A stretch of 12,029 nucleotides of DNA from Polyangiales bacterium (GTDB taxonomy: Bacteria; Myxococcota_A; Polyangia; Polyangiales; Polyangiaceae), in contig JBBRLQ010000066.1 in NCBI GenBank assembly GCA_038231275.1, forward strand, positions 1-12,029, in the 5' to 3' direction. Of this stretch, positions 6,803-12,029 are shown in pieces. The position numbers were made by a program, and so were the translations under genes. Positions within the stretch are counted from its first letter, which is position 1; each line of letters starts with the position of its first letter. The notes below the pieces were generated by a model that saw only the letters and a list, made by a program, of their open reading frames with translations, ran no database searches and was not told the origin of the DNA.

Positions 6803-7525
6803 GTGCTCTCCGTCTCCGAGGGGAAGAAGCAGCGCCGCGCACTTCTGCGGGACGCTGACCGAGCACAGCGCGCCGACCTCAAGAGAAAGCACGACGCGAT
6901 CCGATCCGAAATCCGGCGCGTGAAGGGCCAGCACAAAGAGACCCTTCGGGCCGTCGCCGGCGCATGCCGCGCCGCGCGCCTCGAGCTCGTCGCGAAGGCG
7001 AAGGAGCTCCGCGCGCGTGCGCTCGCGGAGCTTCGCGAGGCAACGAAGGCGAAGAAGCTCGAGGCGCGGCACCACTGCCGGGCGCGCAAGGCGGACCATC
7101 GAACGAGGACGACAAGCGAGGTGGATCGCCAGCGGGCGCAGATCCGCGCGGATCGGGAGTTCCGCGCCGAGCTTCAGCGGATCGAAGCGTGGAACAGGAA
7201 GAAGGCGCCGAAAGTCGCGAGCGCCGCGGTCCGGCGTCTCGAGTCCGACGACGCGGTGCGCTCGAACATCCCGCCGGAGCTCGTGCCGCTCTTTGAACGC
7301 GTGCGCACGCGGATCAAGGGCACGCCGCGCAAGACGCGCACCGAAGCATTCCTAGAGTACGCGCAAGAGAACGAGCGCGAGGTGCTCGAGGTGCTCGAGG
7401 AAGGCGGGGAACGTCTCGTGCGCGAGCTCGAGGCGCGCGAGCGCAAGGTTGCCAGGGCGCGCGCCTCGACGCCGCCGCCGCGGCGCCGCTTCACCGCCGC
7501 CGAGCTCGCGGCGACGCCGTTCTAA
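6803..7525 (+). CDS. Highly basic helical protein with ESDD..RSNIPPEL.PLFE...RTEAFL.YA motif (240 aa), possibly DNA-binding
   Basis: Arg/Lys-rich coiled-coil N-terminal part, globular-looking C-terminal motif, ends ...LAATPF. GC3-biased codons. GTG start is uncertain. Confidence 0.75.
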   Translation: MLSVSEGKKQRRALLRDADRAQRADLKRKHDAIRSEIRRVKGQHKETLRAVAGACRAARLELVAKAKELRARALAELREATKAKKLEARHHCRARKADHRTRTTSEVDRQRAQIRADREFRAELQRIEAWNRKKAPKVASAAVRRLESDDAVRSNIPPELVPLFERVRTRIKGTPRKTRTEAFLEYAQENEREVLEVLEEGGERLVRELEARERKVARARASTPPPRRRFTAAELAATPF

Positions 7526-7530
7526 CCGCC

Positions 7531-7731
7531 ATGACGCCCGACGATCTCCGAGACGTGCTCGTCTATCAGTGCGTGAACGACCGGCCGACGATCACCGCCA
7601 GCGGGATCGCGCGCGTGCTCCCCGGCTTCACGGTCGCGCAGGTGGAAGCGTCGATCGCGCGCCTCCAGGTCGACGAGCTCGTCGCGGAAGACGGCGGCGC
7701 CGGGCGATGGGCGATCACGCCGCCGAAGTGA
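7531..7731 (+). CDS. Small winged-helix DNA-binding protein (66 aa)
   Basis: Helix-TITASGIARVL-TVAQVEASIARL...LV...GRWAIT fits the wHTH pattern with a wing hairpin. Confidence 0.65.
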   Translation: MTPDDLRDVLVYQCVNDRPTITASGIARVLPGFTVAQVEASIARLQVDELVAEDGGAGRWAITPPK

Positions 7732-7751
7732 ACCGCGCGAGACGCGATGGA

Positions 7752-7790
7752 GATCCGCGGCACGCGTGAAAGCGCGTGCGCCGCGGGATC
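7752..7790 (+). other. Intergenic stem-loop with GAAA tetraloop
   Basis: GATCCGCGG-CACGCGT-GAAA-GCGCGTG-CG-CCGCGGGATC: long imperfect stem capped by a GNRA loop, in one of the few intergenic gaps. Confidence 0.5.
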
Positions 7791-7811
7791 GCGGCGACTA
7801 CGACGCGCGGC

Positions 7812-7967
7812 ATGCCGTCGTTTTCCCAAGGAGTGGGCGCGCGCGTGCGCGCCCTGATCGCGCGGCTCATCGCCGCCGACATCGCACGCCTTGAACGCCC
7901 CGCGCTCGAGGCGAAGCGCGCGCGCGCCGCGGCGCGGGCGGAGCGTGACGCCGGGCGGCGTCCGTGA
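7812..7967 (+). CDS. Small hypothetical protein (start uncertain: ATG 7812 or GTG 7845)
   Basis: AAGGAG at 7828-7833 precedes GTG 7845. The stop overlaps the next start (GTGA). Amphipathic RALIARLIAADIARLE. Confidence 0.4.
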   Translation: MPSFSQGVGARVRALIARLIAADIARLERPALEAKRARAAARAERDAGRRP

Positions 7968-8203
7968 ACGCGCCGCCGTTCCGGTACTCGAAGGCGCTCG
8001 AGCGTCACGCGATTTGCTCGGCGTGCTGGCGTGCGCGCGCGGCGCGCCAGCGGCAACCGCTCCGCGAGCCTGTGCGCGTGAACGGCGCCGGGATCGATGC
8101 GTGTTGCTTCTGCGGCGTGTTCTCCACGTCGGGGATCTACGTGCGCGAGTGCAGCGACCCGACGAAGCTCGACGCGGCGACGATGTGCCGGGGACACGCG
8201 TGA
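7964..8203 (+). CDS. Small zinc-finger-like phage protein (79 aa)
   Basis: HAICSACW...EPVR...CCFCG...SGIYVR (CxxC and CCxC pairs). GTGA overlaps at both ends. Confidence 0.7.
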   Translation: MNAPPFRYSKALERHAICSACWRARAARQRQPLREPVRVNGAGIDACCFCGVFSTSGIYVRECSDPTKLDAATMCRGHA

Positions 8204-8499
8204 AGACGGAGTCTGTGCGTCGGCTCCTCGAGCGGCTCGGGTATCTCGGCGGACTGTTTCGCTCCGAGACGTCGCTCGGCGAGAGGGCCGCGCTCACGCG
8301 CGCGAGCGCGCACGGGCTTGTCCTAACCGAGCCGTGCCCCGTCCACGGGTGGGTAGCGACGCTCACGGGCGCGGGGCCGCGCCAGGCTCGCCTGGCGCCT
8401 GGGCAAGCTCCCCGCCTTCCGTGCGTTGCTGCGTGGAATGAGGCCGCGGCCGAAACCGAGCGGTCGCGGCCACGCGGATCGGCGATCACGCGACCCTGA
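8200..8499 (+). CDS. Hypothetical protein, possibly winged-helix (99 aa, starts MKTESVRRLLERL)
   Basis: Start reassigned to GTG 8200 (GTGA overlap). AALTRA...GLV...ATLTGAG resembles the MarR/wHTH wing motif GLV...LT..G. Confidence 0.5.
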   Translation: MKTESVRRLLERLGYLGGLFRSETSLGERAALTRASAHGLVLTEPCPVHGWVATLTGAGPRQARLAPGQAPRLPCVAAWNEAAAETERSRPRGSAITRP

Positions 8500-8545
8500 A
8501 AAAACGCGTGCGGCGCGATCGCCGTTTGAGTAGGGCTTCCGGCCA

Positions 8546-8683
8546 ATGGGGAAGTACCACGGGCGCGACGTCGTGATTGAACAGTGCGGCGACATGATTT
8601 CGCCGGAAGCTCGCGAGCGACTCGAGCGTCTCGAGACGCGCGATCGCGCGGGCGAGCTCCTTCGCGCTCGCTTCCGCAGGTGA
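8546..8683 (+). CDS. Small hypothetical protein (45 aa)
   Basis: Not in ORF track: MGKYHGRDVVIEQCGDMISPEARERLERLETRDRAGELLRARFRR. Its TGA overlaps the GTG of the recombinase. Confidence 0.5.
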   Translation: MGKYHGRDVVIEQCGDMISPEARERLERLETRDRAGELLRARFRR

Positions 8684-9378
8684 GTCCCCGCCGAGCTCCT
8701 CGAGCGGCGATCTATGTCCGCTATTCCACGCGCGACCAGAATCCGCGCGCGCAGCTCCGCGCCGTGCGCGAGCTCGTCGCCCGCCGCGGATGGGAGCTCG
8801 TCGAGACGTACCAGGAGGCGAAGCACTACAGCGGGCGCGACGATCGCCGGCCCGAGCTTCTTCGCATGCTCGCCGACGCGAAGCGCCGCCGCTTCGACGT
8901 GCTCGCCTTCTACTCGCTCTCGCGCCTCGCCCGATCGCTGAAGCTGAGTCTCTTCGTGTTCGAGGATCTCGCGACGTTCGGCGTCGACGTCGTGAGCGTC
9001 ACGGAGGCGATCGACCTCACGACGGCGAGCGGCCGGATGATGCGCGACATGCTCGCGGTGCTCGCGTCGTTCGAGCGCGAGCTCATCGTCGAAAGGACGC
9101 TGAACGGAATGCAAGAGGCTCGAGCGCGCGGCGTAAAATTCGGGCGTCCGCGAACAAAGTTCGACCTCGCGCGCGCCCTCGAGCTTCGCGCGGAGGGCGT
9201 TTCTGCCGTGGAAATCGCAAGTCAACTGAAAGTCGCGCGAACGACGCTGCGACGAGCTCTTGACGAGGGCGATGCAGCGGCGGGAGGCTCCCCGGTTGCG
9301 TCGCCCACAAAAAAGAGGCGGCGTCCCCCCGTGAAGAAGAACGCCGCCAACCGAGCGAAAGGCCACCGACTAAAGTGA
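8680..9378 (+). CDS. Small serine recombinase, resolvase/invertase family (232 aa)
   Basis: AAIYVRYST (catalytic Ser), Q...Q, SG...RPEL..ML, SRLARSL, TTASGRMM..MLAVLASFERELIVERT..G...ARARG...GRP, and a C-terminal HTH (GVSAVEIASQLKVARTTLRRAL). Start reassigned to GTG 8680. Confidence 0.93.
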   Translation: MSPRRAPRAAIYVRYSTRDQNPRAQLRAVRELVARRGWELVETYQEAKHYSGRDDRRPELLRMLADAKRRRFDVLAFYSLSRLARSLKLSLFVFEDLATFGVDVVSVTEAIDLTTASGRMMRDMLAVLASFERELIVERTLNGMQEARARGVKFGRPRTKFDLARALELRAEGVSAVEIASQLKVARTTLRRALDEGDAAAGGSPVASPTKKRRRPPVKKNAANRAKGHRLK

Positions 9379-9560
9379 ATTTCGCCGCGGCAAAGCCGAA
9401 CGTAGACGCGACGCCATGCGCGCACAATCGGTTCCGCGCGACGAGTCGCGCCGGCGTCGTCGCGCGGTGGACGTGCGAATGCGGCGCGGTGACGTTCACC
9501 GGGGAGCACGCGCCGGATCCTGCGGACCTCCGCCCGCGCCGGCGCAAGGTCGCCGCATGA
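9375..9560 (+). CDS. Small zinc-ribbon-like protein (61 aa)
   Basis: C-x-H ... W-x-C-x-C-G pattern. Overlaps at both ends. Confidence 0.6.
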   Translation: MNFAAAKPNVDATPCAHNRFRATSRAGVVARWTCECGAVTFTGEHAPDPADLRPRRRKVAA

Positions 9561-9742
9561 CGCGCGATGATGAGGGGGTCTTTGCGCCGTCGCCGCCGGG
9601 GCCGCGCGACGAGGCGCTCGCCGCGGGCGAGTCACTCGGGCGCCTGATCGAAATCCTCGAGCCCATCGCGCCGCGCTACCGCCGCCGCGTGCTCGCCGCC
9701 GCGGCGGCATGGTTCGGCGACGGGGCCGGGGGGACGACATGA
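9557..9742 (+). CDS. Small hypothetical protein (61 aa, starts MTRDDEGVF)
   Basis: Start reassigned to ATG 9557 (ATGA overlap). Helical LIEILEPI....RRRVLAAA. Confidence 0.6.
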   Translation: MTRDDEGVFAPSPPGPRDEALAAGESLGRLIEILEPIAPRYRRRVLAAAAAWFGDGAGGTT

Positions 9743-10137
9743 CATCGCCGCTCGATGCGCTCGCGAGCTCGCCCGCGCCCCCGACGCGCCGCCATTGCGT
9801 GCTCACGCTCGCGTGCGTGACCGGCGCCCGCTGCGCGTGCGCGTGCGACGCGTGCGCGGCCGTTCGCGCGGAGCTCCTCAGTGTTCCGCCGCCGTCGGCG
9901 CGCGACCCGTGGGTCACGAGCGCGCCGGAGAACGACGTTCCCGCGCAGGTCGCCAGCATCGCGCACCGCCTCGAGGCGCTCGAGCGCGCGGTCGCTCTGG
10001 CGCGTGGTCAGGTGTTGGGCGCGCTTGGCGCCGAACTCGCCGACGTCGCCGAGCTCGCCGCCGCGATCCGGGTCGACCTGGCGGAGCTCGCGCGCCTCGC
10101 GACGCTCGGTCACCAGCTCGAGGCGATGCGACCGTGA
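9739..10137 (+). CDS. Cys-cluster plus coiled-coil protein (132 aa, starts MTSPLDALA)
   Basis: ATG 9739 (ATGA overlap). HC...C...CACACDAC motif followed by heptad-like helices. Confidence 0.65.
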   Translation: MTSPLDALASSPAPPTRRHCVLTLACVTGARCACACDACAAVRAELLSVPPPSARDPWVTSAPENDVPAQVASIAHRLEALERAVALARGQVLGALGAELADVAELAAAIRVDLAELARLATLGHQLEAMRP

Positions 10138-10253
10138 CGGCGCGAACGTCCTCCCCGCAGCGGTCGGAGCACGCAATCTGTGAGTGCGCGCACGCGTTCG
10201 GAAACCATCGGGCGCGTGAGCCGCACGCGTGCATGTCGACGAAGTGCGGGTGA
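10134..10253 (+). CDS. Tiny Zn-finger protein (39 aa, MTARTSSPQRSEHAICECAHAFGNHRAREPHACMSTKCG)
   Basis: GTGA overlaps at both ends. C-x-C-x-H-x4-H ... C-x4-C motif seen in small viral proteins. Confidence 0.55.
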   Translation: MTARTSSPQRSEHAICECAHAFGNHRAREPHACMSTKCG

Positions 10254-10431
10254 ACGTGCCGCTCAAGCCGATGGCTGCGCCTCCTGCGTCCGGCACGTGC
10301 GACGTGTGCGGGAAGGAGTCGCGCTCGTGGTGCCAGGCGTGCCGCGCATTCGTCTGCTGGACGCACCCAATGCTGCTCGACCGGCGCCACGTTCGCGGGG
10401 AGCACGCGAAGCGATGACGGCGCGAACGTCC
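10135..10431 (+). repeat. 17-bp direct repeat TGACGGCGCGAACGTCC at two gene junctions (10135-10151 and 10415-10431)
   Basis: Exact match read from the sequence. Each copy contains the upstream TGA and encodes the start of MTARTS. Confidence 0.85.
10250..10417 (+). CDS. Small B-box/AN1-like zinc-finger protein (55 aa)
   Basis: Start reassigned to GTG 10250. C-x2-C-x7-C-x2-C-x4-C-x2-H-x7-H. Confidence 0.65.
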   Translation: MNVPLKPMAAPPASGTCDVCGKESRSWCQACRAFVCWTHPMLLDRRHVRGEHAKR

Positions 10432-10680
10432 CCGCCGCTCCGCCGCTGCGCGAAGTGCCACGCGTGGCGCGCGCCCGACGAGCTCGTCGACGTGCCGGTC
10501 GGCCCGGGGCCGGACCCCGCGGCGCGCGAACGGTGCCGCCGCGGCGAAGCGTACCTGTCGACGTCGGTCGCCATCTGCCGCGCGTGCGCCTTCGGCGACG
10601 AGCTCGAGGAAGAGTCACGGACCACGCAACCCGCCGGAGGGGATCCCCCCGGCGCCACATCAAGAGAGCCGATGAAATGA
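10414..10680 (+). CDS. Zinc-finger protein (88 aa, starts MTARTSPPLRRCAKC)
   Basis: Start reassigned to ATG 10414 (ATGA overlap). CAKC ... CRAC pairs. Confidence 0.65.
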   Translation: MTARTSPPLRRCAKCHAWRAPDELVDVPVGPGPDPAARERCRRGEAYLSTSVAICRACAFGDELEEESRTTQPAGGDPPGATSREPMK

Positions 10681-10838
10681 CATCGCAAAAGAACGGTGCG
10701 CCGACCCTGCCAGGGGCCGACGACACCAACGGCCGAAGCCGCACCACGACAGGTACGCAAGGCGTAGGACGCGGATCGCGGGCGCGCAAGGACTCAAACG
10801 ACACGCGCTCACCTGCACGTGCATGGGGGCAAAGTTGA
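10677..10838 (+). CDS. Small low-complexity hypothetical protein (53 aa, starts MTSQKNGAP)
   Basis: ATGA overlap upstream and TTGA overlap downstream. No recognisable domain. Confidence 0.4.
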   Translation: MTSQKNGAPTLPGADDTNGRSRTTTGTQGVGRGSRARKDSNDTRSPARAWGQS

Positions 10839-12028
10839 ACGCCGGCGCCCCGCTGGTGGACGCCTACCGGGACCGCTTCGACGGCGTTCCCCTGCCCGAC
10901 GGCGTCGAGCTCGACGAGCTCCTCGCGCTCGCGCGCGCGGAACGCCGGCGCACCGTCGCTGCCGCGCGGCTCGAGGCGCTCGGCGGCGAGCCGCGCCGCC
11001 AGCGGGCGCCGCGTCGACCGGTCGATCTGAAGCTCTGGAAGCTCACGCGCGTGAAGATCGCGCCCGTCGTCGAGCGCTACGCGCGGAAGGGCAACGGCAA
11101 GGGCGGCCGCGGCCTCCCCGCGATCCTCTCACCGCGCTGCGCGCACCTGTTCCAGTACGTCATCGCGAACGTCGACCTCCTGACAGGCGAGTACCACTCG
11201 ACGCGGGAGAAGACGGCGGAGGGCATGAACGTCGCGGAGCGGACTGCGCAGCGGGCGGCGGCCGACGTCGTCGTCCAGGCGGGGGGCCTCCTCGAGCGCA
11301 TCGACTGCCCGGCGTCGACGTTCTCGTTCCGGGTGCCGGACCACCTACGGTCGCTCGACGCGATCGGCGAGCACCTCTACCAGGCCGCGCGCGAGGCGGC
11401 GCTGCCCGGCAGGGGGGGAGACATCCAAGCTCGGAACGGGGCGGCGACGGCACCGTCGGAAGTGATGGTTTCGGTCTGGGATGTCTCCCCTACTCCTCTT
11501 GATCCGATCCCTGAGTCCCCGGCGTCTGCGCCGCCGGGGACTCTCTCGCCACCTGCCACGCCGTCCGAGCCTGGGAAGCGCGTTCCGCGGCGGGAGGAAA
11601 AGTGTCTGGACGTCGCAAGCTCCGTCGGCGCTGCGACGTCGCCCGACCTGAACCGCCGCCCCGTCGTGGATCGCGGTGCGACCGCGCCAGTGGAAAACCC
11701 GACGGATTCAATTCCCGTTGGGGTCGCCAGCAGCAGCCGCGCAGCGGCGCGGGACGAGCGGGAGTCGGCGGTGCCGGCTCCGCCGGCGAGACTCCCGACG
11801 GCTCCGCCGGGAATCGGACGGGAGTCACGAGGGGGCGAGAGCACGCGGGATGGCGCGCCTCAGCGCCCCGTGGCGGGCTCGGCGCGCAAGGAACGGACCG
11901 GAGGGACCCCCCAGACCGCCGGACGCGTCCAGGCGCCGCCTAGCGCCGCCCAGGGCGGGCCGCGCCCGGTCTTCGCGCGCGCCGCCGGCTTCGACCGGGA
12001 CACGTTCGCCATCGCCTGGGCGTTCAGC
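10835..12028 (+). CDS. Partial (3'-truncated) winged-helix replication-initiator-like protein (HTH_36 / lambda O-like architecture)
   Basis: Not in ORF track because there is no stop in the window. Frame is open from TTG 10835 (TTGA overlap) to the end: MNAGAPLVDAYRDRFDG...LSPRCAHLFQYVIANVDLLTGEYHSTREKTAEGMNVAERTAQRAAADVVVQAGGLLERID...FRVP, then a long Pro/Ser/Ala-rich linker, then ...FDRDTFAIAWAFS. Confidence 0.7.
   Translation, partial: MNAGAPLVDAYRDRFDGVPLPDGVELDELLALARAERRRTVAAARLEALGGEPRRQRAPRRPVDLKLWKLTRVKIAPVVERYARKGNGKGGRGLPAILSPRCAHLFQYVIANVDLLTGEYHSTREKTAEGMNVAERTAQRAAADVVVQAGGLLERIDCPASTFSFRVPDHLRSLDAIGEHLYQAAREAALPGRGGDIQARNGAATAPSEVMVSVWDVSPTPLDPIPESPASAPPGTLSPPATPSEPGKRVPRREEKCLDVASSVGAATSPDLNRRPVVDRGATAPVENPTDSIPVGVASSSRAAARDERESAVPAPPARLPTAPPGIGRESRGGESTRDGAPQRPVAGSARKERTGGTPQTAGRVQAPPSAAQGGPRPVFARAAGFDRDTFAIAWAFS
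11415..11543. repeat. Inverted-repeat cluster inside the initiator gene; candidate replication origin
   Basis: GGGGAGACATCC (11415-11426) / GGATGTCTCCCC (11479-11490) is a perfect 12-bp IR around a central CGACGG-CA-CCGTCG (11445-11458). GAGTCCCCGGCG (11513-11524) / CGCCGGGGACTC (11532-11543) is a perfect 12-bp hairpin with a 7-nt loop. Confidence 0.7.
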
Positions 12029-12029
12029 C

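Larger units (their letters stand above)
1..12029 (+). mobile_element. Segment of a phage, prophage or phage-plasmid genome
   Basis: Co-oriented, translationally coupled genes: fibre/spike proteins, cell-wall hydrolase, small membrane proteins, many tiny Zn-finger ORFs, resolvase and initiator. No housekeeping genes. Element ends are not visible. Confidence 0.85.

Noticed and set aside
7740..7830. c-di-GMP-I or other known riboswitch
   Set aside because: Only the GAAA-capped stem is present. The conserved flanking motifs and second stem are not recognisable.
8914..8940. Resolvase motif reads SLSRLARS rather than LDRLxRS, suggesting possible inactivation
   Set aside because: SRLxRS variants occur in this family. 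The catalytic Ser and the Arg residues are intact.
9301..9378. NLS-like basic tail (PTKKRRRP) on the recombinase
   Set aside because: Bacterial-type context with Shine-Dalgarno sites and a peptidoglycan hydrolase. More simply a disordered basic extension.
5665..9959. Long minus-strand ORFs (for example 5665-7089, 7566-8546, 8323-9366, 9222-9959) and Arg-rich alternative-frame plus-strand ORFs
   Set aside because: Shadow ORFs expected at this GC content. They are Arg/Ala/Pro-rich, have no motifs and fully overlap better-supported coupled + strand genes.
10244..10260. C-G-TGA-T-C could be selenocysteine readthrough completing a CxC motif
   Set aside because: The TGA is explained by the GTGA overlap with the next gene, the readthrough frame looks non-coding, and I see no convincing SECIS hairpin.

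Overview
Very GC-rich, almost fully coding window. All credible genes lie on the + strand and most are joined by 4-bp start/stop overlaps, which points to a segment of a compact phage, prophage or phage-plasmid. The host may be a myxobacterium (inferred from codon style and protein families only). Left part (1-4543): virion appendage genes, namely a partial structural gene, a collagen-like fibre with a duplicated globular domain, a LamG-like plus degenerate SGNH protein, and a beta-rich protein. Middle (4540-6799): a Pro-rich two-TM protein, an SLT lytic transglycosylase with an EF-hand-like loop and C-terminal TM anchor, a lipoprotein and several tiny membrane proteins. Right part (6803-12029): a basic helical protein, winged-helix proteins, a small serine resolvase/invertase, a chain of small Zn-finger proteins, and a winged-helix replication-initiator-like ORF that runs off the window, is absent from the ORF track, and carries nested inverted repeats that may mark an origin. 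No capsid, portal, terminase, packaging ATPase or integrase gene is visible, so the virus type (tailed versus tailless membrane-containing) remains a hypothesis. All family assignments are by eye from motifs; no searches were run.
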